Shown here piece after piece: positions 18,832 to 27,864 of a DNA stretch of 64,000 nucleotides (within the stretch, counting starts at the first letter, position 1; each line of letters opens with the position of its first letter). Under the pieces are notes generated by a model. The model was not told the DNA's origin, did not search any database, and saw only the letters and a program-made list of their open reading frames with translations. Both the position numbers and the translations under genes were made by a program. This stretch comes from an uncultured virus (IMG/VR IMGVR_UViG_3300009512_000012) (lineage: Duplodnaviria > Heunggongvirae > Uroviricota > Caudoviricetes): IMG/VR virus record IMGVR_UViG_3300009512_000012. The stretch is one strand, 5' to 3'.

Positions 18832-19338
18832 TTATAGCATTTTGATTGCTGTCTCTGTCGTCTCATCAACTCTTCTAGTCCAACCTTTACCAAAGGTGTC
18901 AAATGTAGATAATTCTTCGTAATATTCTTGTCTTGCTTCTTGGTACTTTTTAATTGTATCTTCTACACCCCATGTTTCTAAATGCAGTTGTAGTTTTCTT
19001 AATGTATTTGGGCCAATGCCTCCGTCAACAGTTGTGCCGATAATTTTTTGTAAGAATTTAGCAGCTCTACCTGGGCCAGCATTTACAGCAAAGTCAAATA
19101 CGCATAAGTCTAAACCTTCTGCAATGTCTTCACATTTTGTTCTACCCCAATAATTTTTTTCGTAGATAGGTGCAACATCATCAACTGTTAAGTCTTTCAT
19201 GTCTTTTGCTCCACCCCATTCTTCATAAACTCTTTTGGTTACTCCTAAGTTAGTTTCGCCACCAGGGTCTTTAGGATGATTAACATAACCACCTTCGTGA
19301 TGTAAAATAATTTCTAAACATTTTTTAAAGTTGCTCAT
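18832..19338 (-). CDS. endolysin, glycoside hydrolase family 108 with PG-binding domain
   Basis: HEGGYVNHPKDPGGETNLGVT; FGKGWTRR. Confidence 0.92.
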   Translation of the reverse strand: MSNFKKCLEIILHHEGGYVNHPKDPGGETNLGVTKRVYEEWGGAKDMKDLTVDDVAPIYEKNYWGRTKCEDIAEGLDLCVFDFAVNAGPGRAAKFLQKIIGTTVDGGIGPNTLRKLQLHLETWGVEDTIKKYQEARQEYYEELSTFDTFGKGWTRRVDETTETAIKML

Positions 19339-20042
19339 AGTTCTACTCCAAAACCTAACTTTGTTTTCTCTATTAAATACTCTCTAACAAATCCACTTCT
19401 TACAATGTCACCAATATTAAATTCAGTAACATTAAAAGATGACATGTTATCTAAAATCTTCACAAAATCATGAAGACCATTTCTCTCGTTTGACTTTGTT
19501 AAGTCTGTTTGAAAAAAGTCACCTGCAAAGGATATCTTAGAATTTTGACCTATTCTTGTTACAATAGTATCTAACTCATGAAAGTTTAAGTTTTGACATT
19601 CATCTACTATAACGATTGTATTATCAAATGTCAACCCTCTTAAAAATGAAGTTGACATAAAGTGTAATGTTCCTTGATTTTTTAATCTTTCAAAGAGCAT
19701 TGAGAATGCTTGTTCATTTGGTTGTTGAAACATAAAACGAACCATATTCATATAATTTATTTGATACAATGCTGATTTATCTTCTTCATCACCAGGTAAG
19801 AAACCTATTTCTCTAGTAGGTATAAGAGAACGAACAATAATAACTCTATCGAAAGGTGTCTCTGGGTTTAATACATCTTGAAGTGCCTTGTATAAAAGAA
19901 TAAATGTTTTACCAGTACCTGCAGCACCATAAACAAATTGATTATTACCTTTATCCCAAGTATCAAAAACTGTTTTTTGATTATCACCAATTGGTTTGAT
20001 TGACAATAAATCTTTTGCTTTTACGTCTTGTTGTTTAGCCAT
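19335..20042 (-). CDS. phoH: PhoH family ATPase
   Basis: GAAGTGKT, IGFLPG, RGLTF, VDECQN, GD..Q.D motifs. Confidence 0.93.
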   Translation of the reverse strand: MAKQQDVKAKDLLSIKPIGDNQKTVFDTWDKGNNQFVYGAAGTGKTFILLYKALQDVLNPETPFDRVIIVRSLIPTREIGFLPGDEEDKSALYQINYMNMVRFMFQQPNEQAFSMLFERLKNQGTLHFMSTSFLRGLTFDNTIVIVDECQNLNFHELDTIVTRIGQNSKISFAGDFFQTDLTKSNERNGLHDFVKILDNMSSFNVTEFNIGDIVRSGFVREYLIEKTKLGFGVEL

Positions 20043-20280
20043 TTATGTTTACCACTGCATCACCAGCTGGAAAATATTTCTCCAATACTTCGATTTGTTC
20101 TGCATACTTACCAATTGCGTTAAGTTCTTTTTCAACACTTTCAAGTATATCAGTATGTTCACCTACACCAACTGCATTTTGCATATAAATTTCTACATTT
20201 ACTTGATGTTTTGCAATTTGCCCTTCGGCATGTTTAATTAAAGCTTTTCTCATTGTGTCTTTTCTGGTATCCATTTTCAA
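20035..20280 (-). CDS. conserved phage hypothetical protein
   Basis: NVEIYMQNAVGVGEH.D motif. Confidence 0.65.
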   Translation of the reverse strand: MKMDTRKDTMRKALIKHAEGQIAKHQVNVEIYMQNAVGVGEHTDILESVEKELNAIGKYAEQIEVLEKYFPAGDAVVNING

Positions 20281-20284
20281 CTCC

Positions 20285-20587
20285 TTATTTAATTATCCCA
20301 TGTTTTTTTAGAACGTCTTGGGTCTTTCCTTGTTTTGTACTCTTTGAACCATATCTATCTGCAAGTGCCGATGTTGGATGTGCTTCAGCAATCCTTGATA
20401 AGTTCTCTTTAAATCCGTCATCAATCTTAGGGCCAACACCCATAACATGGTCGCCTACTAATGCGGCTGCCGTTGGTACCTGTACATATTTAGGATTCTT
20501 TTTAAGTATATCTTGTAGTTCAGACCAAGAGCAAAACTCTTCAAATTCTTTATTTGTTTTTTCATCTCTAATGATGTACGTTGGCAT
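20285..20587 (-). CDS. FmdB-like small regulatory protein
   Basis: MPTY start, DDGFKENLSRIAEAHP; lacks the Zn-binding Cys. Confidence 0.6.
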   Translation of the reverse strand: MPTYIIRDEKTNKEFEEFCSWSELQDILKKNPKYVQVPTAAALVGDHVMGVGPKIDDGFKENLSRIAEAHPTSALADRYGSKSTKQGKTQDVLKKHGIIK

Positions 20588-20819
20588 TATCTGTTTCCTC
20601 TATTTTTTGTTCTATTAGTGTTAGTGTTGTTTCAACATTAATTAAATGTTCTTGTTCATTTTCTTCAATTATGATACCAAACTCTTCTTCAATATCCATA
20701 ACTAACTCGACAGCAGTTAAACTATCAAAGTCTAGGTCATCAATAAAATGAGAGTGCATTTCAATATCTCTGTCTGTAAATCTTTTTGTTATTTCTATTA
20801 ATTTATGTTGTAATTCCAT
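20568..20819 (-). CDS. acpP: acyl carrier protein
   Basis: DDLDFDSLTAVELVMDIEEEFGIII with the DSL phosphopantetheine Ser; acidic. Confidence 0.85.
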   Translation of the reverse strand: MELQHKLIEITKRFTDRDIEMHSHFIDDLDFDSLTAVELVMDIEEEFGIIIEENEQEHLINVETTLTLIEQKIEETDNANVHH

Positions 20820-21348
20820 TTGTATACCATTCTGGTGCCACTCTGTTCTTCCAAGTAGCAAAATCCTTTTTATATTTTATATAGTAACTATGATAAGCAT
20901 CAATAACATTTGAAGTTTTACACTCCTCTGGCATACATTGAGGTAACTCTGTAACAGGCCCATAAGGCAAGTTCTTAGGTGCTTTTTGTAACCAAAACGA
21001 TGGTTTAGATGCACCATGTTTCTTACCATATCTATAAGTAAACTCTTGTAAAAGTGCAATATATAATTGTAACAACTTGTAATAGTTACCTGTAGATTGT
21101 CTTAACCAAATACTGTCTGGGTGTTTAACATGAGACGCAAGGTATAAATGATTTTCTCTTTCGTCTAAAAGTTTCCAGCGTTTTGCTTTTCTACCTGTTT
21201 TAGTTTGACCAATATATTCTTGGCCATCTAAAACTCTATGAGTTGTACTTAACAATTGTGCATACTCGATAGGCATTTTTACTACATGCTTATCACAATG
21301 CATTTCTGCACACACAATAGGGTCTGTATTTAATTCAAATATATTCAT
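20803..21348 (-). CDS. pyrimidine-dimer DNA glycosylase-like protein (DenV-related)
   Basis: MNIF.L...HCDKHVVKM..EYAQLLST, HP..IW, PQCMP motifs. Confidence 0.75.
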   Translation of the reverse strand: MNIFELNTDPIVCAEMHCDKHVVKMPIEYAQLLSTTHRVLDGQEYIGQTKTGRKAKRWKLLDERENHLYLASHVKHPDSIWLRQSTGNYYKLLQLYIALLQEFTYRYGKKHGASKPSFWLQKAPKNLPYGPVTELPQCMPEECKTSNVIDAYHSYYIKYKKDFATWKNRVAPEWYTNGITT

Positions 21349-21647
21349 GCTTTTAAGTTCCTCTCTTTTTTCATCATCTCGAAAAGTGCATCTTTCCATA
21401 AAAAACTATATTCACAATTGCGATACTCTTTGAACCAAGGGCCGCCTTCTGTAAAGTGTAGTGCTTTAGGTGTTGCAATGTTTTCATACCAACCAACTAA
21501 ATAATTCCATTCTAATGATATATCTCCAATTTCGCTGTCATCTAACCATCCAAATCGATGAAAGTACTTACCATCATAACTCATATCATTGATATTGTCA
21601 AGGGCTAATTCTTGTCTTGTATCATAACCTATAAAAATTTTATTCAT
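21345..21647 (-). pseudogene. internally deleted glycosyltransferase remnant
   Basis: N-terminal KIFIGYD.R joined almost directly to C-terminal HRFGWL...EWNYLVGWY...HFTEGGPWF; central DxD core absent. Confidence 0.6.
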
Positions 21648-21907
21648 TTATTTTTCTTTTTATCCACACCATTGATTTTAGAATCATCATAGGCATCTTT
21701 TCTAATTGGGTTACCGTCAATATGTTGTTTAAAACCAAAATGACCATAGTCTCTTGAATCTGGTAATGTTTCCCACCACTTACCATGAAATTCTTTATTA
21801 TCATTATAACCATCAGAGCCACCATCTTCTAAGTAGATATACTCTTGATGCCTTTTACCAGCATCAAATCTGAATGGTACTTTATCTAATCTTTTACTCT
21901 TTACCAT
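21644..21907 (-). CDS. hypothetical protein
   Basis: 87 aa ORF coupled to neighbours. Confidence 0.5.
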   Translation of the reverse strand: MVKSKRLDKVPFRFDAGKRHQEYIYLEDGGSDGYNDNKEFHGKWWETLPDSRDYGHFGFKQHIDGNPIRKDAYDDSKINGVDKKKNK

Positions 21908-22215
21908 ATGTCGTCATATTTCCCCATTAACTTTTCGTATTCTTGTCCTTTAAAAAACTTAGGATTTCTTTTTGCTGTTTCAAATGATGCTACTGTAACA
22001 AATATCGCTGCTACAAAAACTAAATGTGCTATTGCAGTATAACCAAAAACAGTCCAACTGCCTACTAAAAGAGAAAACACAATACACCACATCCAACATA
22101 AAACTTGTGTTACCATATGGCGTGTGTTAAAATCTTCAATATGTCGTAGTGGATTTTTATTCCAACCCATAACACTTTCGTAACTCTCGTATATAAATTT
22201 TTTCATTTTTCCCAC
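21901..22215 (-). CDS. two-TM membrane protein
   Basis: NPLRHI...WMWCIVFS followed by two hydrophobic helices. Confidence 0.65.
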   Translation of the reverse strand: MGKMKKFIYESYESVMGWNKNPLRHIEDFNTRHMVTQVLCWMWCIVFSLLVGSWTVFGYTAIAHLVFVAAIFVTVASFETAKRNPKFFKGQEYEKLMGKYDDIW

Positions 22216-22667
22216 CTATAAAATATATGGTCGCCAAAAACTGCTGTCTTCGTTTTTGTTGCGGCCCATGCTGGCGTAACATAGTGTGCATGATAGTGAG
22301 TTGCACCACCTGTGCTTACGGCACTTCCATAATGTGCAACCTGCATTGCAACACCTTGTGCTTTTTGCCATGCTTGTTGATTTCTTGGTTCATCACCCTT
22401 ACCATCACAATACCAACTAAATTGACATCTATGTTTTACTGGGTAATAAATCGCATCGTTAGGGTCTTCGGTTTGTCTTGTCTTCCAAGATTCCCTTGTT
22501 GGCCCTTGTTTAACAACTTCACAAACTGAATTAGGATACCTATGGTCTTCTACTCTATTCATAACTACATCTGCTACTGCAAACATACCATTGACATCTT
22601 GGTTCTTTGCTTCGTGATAAACATTAAGTGCCAAACACATGACACCTATACTAAGTGTTTCTAACAT
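22203..22667 (-). CDS. cell wall hydrolase (SleB / Hydrolase_2)
   Basis: CLALNVYHEA, VMNRV...YPNSVCEVV, CQFSWYCDG, GATHYHA motifs. Confidence 0.92.
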   Translation of the reverse strand: MLETLSIGVMCLALNVYHEAKNQDVNGMFAVADVVMNRVEDHRYPNSVCEVVKQGPTRESWKTRQTEDPNDAIYYPVKHRCQFSWYCDGKGDEPRNQQAWQKAQGVAMQVAHYGSAVSTGGATHYHAHYVTPAWAATKTKTAVFGDHIFYRWEK

Positions 22668-23079
22668 TTTTCTTTTTCCACTCCTTCAATAATATATCTT
22701 GCATTCTATACGCCTGACGTTCCCATGGTTGTCTGCAATAAGGATAATTTGTATATTCATATCCACGCCAATATACCTTAGAACCATCAGAGTTTCTATC
22801 CTTCATCATACCCTTGGCATATTGCATAATATGAACCATTTCGTGAAAGATAGTAGTTAAAAAATCTTCTTCATTAAGAGTTTGTCTGAGAACCATATCA
22901 AACTCATTTCTTGAACTTGCTACCGAACATTCGCCATGAAATTCAAAGTCTTTTTGTATTTCTACATTTATACAAATCGTACGATGTCTAGGTGTTAGTC
23001 TTTTAAAACACCAAGTAATCGCATCTTCTACTATTTTTTTCTGTTTTTTAGTACCACCATAGACGTGACATACATTCAT
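22651..23079 (-). CDS. zinc metallopeptidase-like protein (HExxH)
   Basis: TIFHEMVHIMQY, QPWERQAY; start moved to 23079 by the GGAGGT SD. Confidence 0.75.
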   Translation of the reverse strand: MNVCHVYGGTKKQKKIVEDAITWCFKRLTPRHRTICINVEIQKDFEFHGECSVASSRNEFDMVLRQTLNEEDFLTTIFHEMVHIMQYAKGMMKDRNSDGSKVYWRGYEYTNYPYCRQPWERQAYRMQDILLKEWKKKNVRNT

Positions 23080-23107
23080 TGTAGACACCTCCCTATGATA
23101 ATATTTA

Positions 23108-23234
23108 GTGTTGGGGCATTGTATAAGACTATCAATACCCCACACATCTAGGTCGTTCACATTTTCATCATATATTATATACGACCTACTAGACACTTGC
23201 ATTTTGTGATGATGATTGAGAGGTCGCAAGTGTC
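23108..23234 (-). ncRNA. candidate structured RNA (three tandem hairpins)
   Basis: Stems GACACTTGC/GCAAGTGTC, TAGGTCGT/ACGACCTA and GGGGTATTG/CAATGCCCC in an intergenic gap. Confidence 0.45.
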
Positions 23235-23240
23235 AAACTG

Positions 23241-23411
23241 TTAATTCTGTTTAATAGACAATCCAATTGTTATGACCCCACTCATAATCATTATTACTGA
23301 AAAAATCAAGGCACCCAACCAATTGTTACTTTCTGCACCAGTTGGGCCATCGATAGAACCGACCGCCATCATGGCGGCCAGAAAAGTCATTGTTCCAAAA
23401 AAATATTTCAT
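23241..23411 (-). CDS. small two-TM protein (56 aa)
   Basis: MKYFFGTMTFLAAMMAVGSIDGP...; AGAGGT SD; translated by hand. Confidence 0.6.
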   Translation of the reverse strand: MKYFFGTMTFLAAMMAVGSIDGPTGAESNNWLGALIFSVIMIMSGVITIGLSIKQN

Positions 23412-23425
23412 AATTTACCTCTCTA

Positions 23426-23782
23426 TTAGTTTAAGTATAATGGGCCTGTCCATTGAATAGGATAGTTACCCTCTAAGATATTTCCTCTGGCTCTGTTCTT
23501 TGCCGGAGCAGACCAACTCGCAGGTTTAAGAATATCACCCTTTTTAAACATTGGTTGTCCATACTTTGTTTTCATGTCTTCTTTTACGATAAAGGCAAAT
23601 ACACTATTTTTTGAAATAACCTTTGCGTATTTTAATCCTTTTTCTAATCTGAAACTTGAACGAAACTCGGCTTTCATAGAATCGTTATCAGAAATAAAAG
23701 CATTATAGTCTTGGATTGCTGCTTCTTTTAGAAACTCAAATCCCTCTTCGATAGTCTTTGCGTCTTGTTTAACATAAATCAT
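23426..23782 (-). CDS. conserved phage early protein
   Basis: KGDILKPASWSAPAKNRARGNI...WTGPLYL motif; AGAGGT SD. Confidence 0.7.
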   Translation of the reverse strand: MIYVKQDAKTIEEGFEFLKEAAIQDYNAFISDNDSMKAEFRSSFRLEKGLKYAKVISKNSVFAFIVKEDMKTKYGQPMFKKGDILKPASWSAPAKNRARGNILEGNYPIQWTGPLYLN

Positions 23783-23799
23783 AATATATACCTCTCTAA

Positions 23800-24087
23800 T
23801 TATTGTTTGTTTTGTAGTAAGAAATTTTCTGACATGAAGTCGTAATTTTCTTCAAGTCCGTTAAAAGCAATCATTTCATCAACTTGCTCTTTTGATAGTG
23901 CGTAATATTCCATTGGATTAACTTCCTCTGTCATATTCTCATTCCAAAAAGGATTTGTGATAAACTCATCATCTGTCATAAATCCTAAAGTAATTTCTTC
24001 TTTGGTAGCAGGTCCGGTAGAGTTACTTGGTAGTAACATATTTCTTAGTTGTGGTCTCATTTTTAATACCTCGTTATCATCATTCAT
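23800..24087 (-). CDS. hypothetical protein, probably leaderless
   Basis: ATG 6 nt after the -10 box. Confidence 0.6.
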   Translation of the reverse strand: MNDDNEVLKMRPQLRNMLLPSNSTGPATKEEITLGFMTDDEFITNPFWNENMTEEVNPMEYYALSKEQVDEMIAFNGLEENYDFMSENFLLQNKQ

Positions 24088-24093
24088 AATTAT

Positions 24094-24122
24094 ATATTAC
24101 CAGATAAAGGGGGTATTGTCAA
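24094..24122 (-). promoter_or_regulatory. sigma70-type early promoter
   Basis: CCC-TTGACA-N17-TAATAT. Confidence 0.7.
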
Positions 24123-24131
24123 GGGTTATTG

Positions 24132-24656
24132 CTAAACTTTTTTTCCTAAAACCCATCCTACAAGAGACTTTCGAATGCCCGATTTTACAGGGTTTACACG
24201 ATGCCAATAGTCTGATTTGAAGAAAATTACTTCATTTTTGCCAAGACAGAATGTCGCATGTCGAGGATTTTTGTTAGGATGTTCGTATTCTAAGTCAAAT
24301 TCACCACCCTCAAATTCATCATTTAATATTAAAGAAAATGATATCTTTCTAATTCTTCCGTCTGCATATGGTTTTGAACTTTGGTCTATATGCCAACCAT
24401 ATTGGCCATCACTTTTATACTCTGTATATTGTAAAGGTTCGATAGCATCAATATCGAAATTCCAACCTGTGGTTGCATTGATGTCTTTAGTAAATTCTAA
24501 AAACTTATTTAAAGTTGGCTTATCATTAATCCAACTTATCTCTGAATCTCTAACTGTATACCCACTACTGCCTAGAGTTTTGGCATCTTCTAATTTACCA
24601 ATATCTTTAGCAGTAAAGGGTATTTTTGTTAAATGATAATGAGGGCCTACTCTCAT
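24132..24656 (-). CDS. 2OG-Fe(II) oxygenase
   Basis: YGWHID, RKISFS, FEGGEF, HRVNPV..G.RKSLVGW motifs. Confidence 0.92.
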   Translation of the reverse strand: MRVGPHYHLTKIPFTAKDIGKLEDAKTLGSSGYTVRDSEISWINDKPTLNKFLEFTKDINATTGWNFDIDAIEPLQYTEYKSDGQYGWHIDQSSKPYADGRIRKISFSLILNDEFEGGEFDLEYEHPNKNPRHATFCLGKNEVIFFKSDYWHRVNPVKSGIRKSLVGWVLGKKV

Positions 24657-25117
24657 TAAGGTTTAACGAAATTATCATTCCAACCAAATGCTTCTTTTAC
24701 TACCTCTTTGGATAGTCCTTTGTACATTTGATGTATTTTTTTATCTTTTGTTTTTACTAAGAGGTTTGCTTCACTTTGATGTAAACCTTCTAACAATTGT
24801 ATAAACATCATTTCTTTTTTATGTTGTGGGGTATCACTGTCAGCACCTTTAATATAATGCCATAACTTTCTTGCCTCTGTAGCAAGTCTTGTATGTTCTG
24901 TACCTGCAGGTGCATCATTAGGTGTAAATGGAACATCACCTTCTGGTAAGACCCATTGTATATTTGGGTCGAATGATGCTTTAATAATTATTCGTAAAGA
25001 TGCGTTATCATGTTTTTTTAATATATTAATCTTATCGTTTTTTGTTTTTGCCTTGTGTACTTTGTCTAACACTTCTGAAAATAACAAAGTAGCATTTGAC
25101 ATATTAGTCATTGCCAT
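24656..25117 (-). CDS. conserved T4-like hypothetical protein
   Basis: FDPNIQWVLPEGDVPF, EMMFIQLLEGLH motifs; adjacent to rnh. Confidence 0.75.
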   Translation of the reverse strand: MAMTNMSNATLLFSEVLDKVHKAKTKNDKINILKKHDNASLRIIIKASFDPNIQWVLPEGDVPFTPNDAPAGTEHTRLATEARKLWHYIKGADSDTPQHKKEMMFIQLLEGLHQSEANLLVKTKDKKIHQMYKGLSKEVVKEAFGWNDNFVKP

Positions 25118-25965
25118 TAAAAATCTCCTATCGAATCAGTTAACTCTTTTAATTTATTTTCGATAAAGTAAGTTAACATTTTACTTCTATCGCCACATGG
25201 TGCTTCAACAAACTCTTTTAATATTGTTGTAGATATTTCAGAGGGAATACATTCTAAATCAATAAGGTTTTTGTTACGAGTATAATTTCGTATAACCTCA
25301 TCGGTTGCCATTGTATTCACAAAGTTACCATCTTTCCATGCATCTATCTTCTTTTTACTTAGGGGTCTTTGTCTAAGTTTTTCTACAAACACATTATCAT
25401 TTGATAATACATTTGGTACTCCGTCAGATGAATCCCCTTTTAAAATATGTATCTTTATATATTCAATTGGGTCTTCACCATTTACTTTCTTTTTAAGTAT
25501 TGGTGAATACTGCGAAACATTTGGATATTTTTGAAGTTGAATAAAGTCTTTATCACCAGACACAATCATAATCTTTTGGTCTAGGTATTCCTTTACAATA
25601 GTAGCAATAACATCATCTGCTTCTGCACCGTGTACTTCAATAGTTTTGTAAGGTAAATAATCTTTTAATTCTTGTTTGATTTTGTTAAGACATTCAAAAA
25701 TTGATTCCCAATCTTTATTGTCTTTGTCTCTGGCTCTTCTACGATTTTGTTTGTAGTTAGGAAAGTAATCTCTACGCCAATAGTGTTTACTATCATATGC
25801 AAGTACCACTTCGCCAAATTCACCTTTGAACTCTTGTCTATGCATACGAATAGAATTAAGTATCATGTGTCTAACGATACCTTCGTCAGGTTTAGTACTC
25901 TTTTCCATTGTTAAATGCATCATCAAACTTGCAAGTGCAATTTGATTCATATCCAAAATTATCAT
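25117..25965 (-). CDS. rnh: T4-type RNase H (5'-3' exonuclease)
   Basis: MIILDMNQ, YWRRDYFPNYK, EADDVI, SGDKDFIQL, GDSSDGVPN motifs. Confidence 0.95.
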   Translation of the reverse strand: MIILDMNQIALASLMMHLTMEKSTKPDEGIVRHMILNSIRMHRQEFKGEFGEVVLAYDSKHYWRRDYFPNYKQNRRRARDKDNKDWESIFECLNKIKQELKDYLPYKTIEVHGAEADDVIATIVKEYLDQKIMIVSGDKDFIQLQKYPNVSQYSPILKKKVNGEDPIEYIKIHILKGDSSDGVPNVLSNDNVFVEKLRQRPLSKKKIDAWKDGNFVNTMATDEVIRNYTRNKNLIDLECIPSEISTTILKEFVEAPCGDRSKMLTYFIENKLKELTDSIGDF

Positions 25966-26342
25966 GTATCCTCTATCAATTTCTTAACTTCATTAATATT
26001 TATACTATGATACGAGGCAACGTCCTTATTGTCAAGTTTATTCTCAAACATAATTTTATCAACTAAATCGTTTAAAATGTGTTTATAACCCAGTTCTTTG
26101 TATGTTACTGCCCTAATACATTCATTTAAAAAAGGAATATATTTTTTCATATTTTCAGAACCAATGTCAAATGCATTCTCTTGAAATATAGAAATTGCGT
26201 TAACAACTATCTGTTCGGCAAGTTCTTCAACAAATTCAATATCATCTCTAACTTGATTTTCCTCTTGAGGTGATATGTTTGCCACTCTTTTCCATGGCCC
26301 TTTGATTATGTTGTTCTTTTTTATTTCCGATTCTATTTCCAT
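25962..26342 (-). CDS. hypothetical protein
   Basis: 126 aa; NIIKGPWK motif. Confidence 0.65.
   Translation of the reverse strand: MEIESEIKKNNIIKGPWKRVANISPQEENQVRDDIEFVEELAEQIVVNAISIFQENAFDIGSENMKKYIPFLNECIRAVTYKELGYKHILNDLVDKIMFENKLDNKDVASYHSININEVKKLIEDT
25997..26035 (-). promoter_or_regulatory. tandem early and late promoter upstream of rnh
   Basis: TTGACA-N17-TATCAT followed after 2 nt by TATAAATA. Confidence 0.6.
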
Positions 26343-26448
26343 ATTTTTCCTTTAGTTCAAAATATCGTACGGCATCTTTAACACTCATAGACATGTCATT
26401 GTCTAATGATTTTCTTTTTAATTTTTCGTATTCGTTATCAATAGTCAT
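26248..26448 (-). CDS. hypothetical protein
   Basis: Coupled to the rpsU stop; 3' part overlaps the next gene. Confidence 0.4.
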   Translation of the reverse strand: MTIDNEYEKLKRKSLDNDMSMSVKDAVRYFELKEKYGNRIGNKKEQHNQRAMEKSGKHITSRGKSS

Positions 26449-26689
26449 TCTCTGATTTTGCGAGTTTTTTTAACCATCTTTTTTTACCTGCATTTCTTGC
26501 CAGTCTTTTCTTTTCTGACTTAGGGATAAAATGTTGTCTATCTTTTATCTCTTGTACAAGACCTGCATTTTTTACTTTTTTCTTGAGTTGTCTTAATGCC
26601 TTTTCGACATTACCATCTCTCACAAAAACTTGAAGGCCTTCTGGTCTTTCAAATTTCTTATTTTTATCTTGGTTATTATATGTTCTCAT
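26438..26689 (-). CDS. rpsU: ribosomal protein bS21
   Basis: VFVRDGNVEKALRQLKKKV...EIKDRQHFIPKSEKKR matches the bS21 pattern; AAGGAG SD. Confidence 0.88.
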   Translation of the reverse strand: MRTYNNQDKNKKFERPEGLQVFVRDGNVEKALRQLKKKVKNAGLVQEIKDRQHFIPKSEKKRLARNAGKKRWLKKLAKSENDY

Positions 26690-26798
26690 AGCACTCCTTG
26701 TTTTTTTATTTAGTTAAATTAATAGTAAAATTGATAAACCTAATATCCATGGCATTAACCACCATAGAACAATAGCAAATATAATATAAAATAATATC

Positions 26799-27044
26799 TT
26801 AATCATACCACACCGTTTCATATCCATAAGGTTTATGGACAGGCCCATGTATTTGATAAAGTAAATGACTAAACTCTCCAGCCTCACCATAGAGGTTAAT
26901 TAGTTTTTCTTTTGCATTATCAATTGTTTCGAAAGGGCCTTCAACTGTATCAGATGAAATTAATTTATAACCATCACCTGTGTCACCGTAATTCATGTTT
27001 GCAATGTAGAACCCTTCGGTTACTGTATAGGGATTAATTGTCAT
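26799..27044 (-). CDS. hypothetical protein
   Basis: 81 aa; TAATG coupling. Confidence 0.6.
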   Translation of the reverse strand: MTINPYTVTEGFYIANMNYGDTGDGYKLISSDTVEGPFETIDNAKEKLINLYGEAGEFSHLLYQIHGPVHKPYGYETVWYD

Positions 27045-27358
27045 TATGCGGCCTCCTGATTTTCATCCATAAACATATCAAGTTGTACTTCGTCATCTTT
27101 TTCAACAACTGTACCCAGATAGTCTAGGTCAACTGTTATTTGATTAAATGCCGCAGTTACATATTCAGTTTCAACTCCATGCGTTTGAAGAGTAACTGAA
27201 TTGTTGATTTCATCATGGTTAATTCCACCACCATTGAGAAATAAGTTATCTGCTTCCATTCGATTAGAAGCAAGTACAGATTGTTGAATGAGTACTTTGT
27301 ACTCAATAGTTTGTTGGTAAAGTTTCTTTCCAACATCGTCTGAATAAAACATTCTCAT
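27044..27358 (-). CDS. hypothetical protein
   Basis: 104 aa; TAATG coupling. Confidence 0.6.
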   Translation of the reverse strand: MRMFYSDDVGKKLYQQTIEYKVLIQQSVLASNRMEADNLFLNGGGINHDEINNSVTLQTHGVETEYVTAAFNQITVDLDYLGTVVEKDDEVQLDMFMDENQEAA

Positions 27359-27627
27359 TAAGCAGCCTCCAACATTGACATTGGTACACGATAGACAGTA
27401 CCAGATAAGTTAACAAGACATTTCGTTTGGTTAATCTTTTCGACAACCCCTAACTGTCTCTTAGTCTTTTGGACAACATAAACTTTCTGTCCAACCGTAA
27501 TGGATGCTTTCGCATTCATAACTTTCACTTCCCTAATAAACTGTGAAAGTTCATTAAGTTGAGAAAGATTCATTTTTTGTATTTGCGTTTTCACGTTTAA
27601 CATTATATTACCTCTTTTCTTTATCAT
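27358..27627 (-). CDS. small SH3-like early protein (alternative start 27603)
   Basis: ITVGQKVYVVQKTKRQLGVVEKINQTK beta-barrel pattern; follows an early promoter. Confidence 0.6.
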   Translation of the reverse strand: MIKKRGNIMLNVKTQIQKMNLSQLNELSQFIREVKVMNAKASITVGQKVYVVQKTKRQLGVVEKINQTKCLVNLSGTVYRVPMSMLEAA

Positions 27628-27635
27628 CTATATTC

Positions 27636-27665
27636 AATGTATCAGGCTTTAGAGGTATTTGTCAA
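27636..27665 (-). promoter_or_regulatory. sigma70-type early promoter
   Basis: CCC-TTGACA-N18-TACATT with extended TG. Confidence 0.65.
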
Positions 27666-27762
27666 GGGTTAATTTTTCCCTTATTTTTCGGGCATTTTGA
27701 TTGGATAGTATCACTAGGGCAGACCATTAACCACCCGTTCAGCGGCCCTTAAAACGGAAAAA

Positions 27763-27864
27763 TTATTTGGTATTTTCGCATTCACAGTGAGAACACGCAC
27801 AATCCATGCAAGTCATTCCACAGTGACATAAATGGTCACATTTGACACATGTATTTCCACTCAT
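27763..27864 (-). CDS. metallothionein-like Cys-rich microprotein (33 aa)
   Basis: MSGNTCVKCDHLCHCGMTCMDCACSHCECENTK*; 9 Cys and 3 His; ATG directly follows the upstream TAG. Confidence 0.6.
   Translation of the reverse strand: MSGNTCVKCDHLCHCGMTCMDCACSHCECENTK

Noticed and set aside
23080..23229. N-terminal extension of ORF 22651..23229
   Set aside because: A strong GGAGGT SD precedes ATG 23079, and the extension overlaps a hairpin-rich gap.
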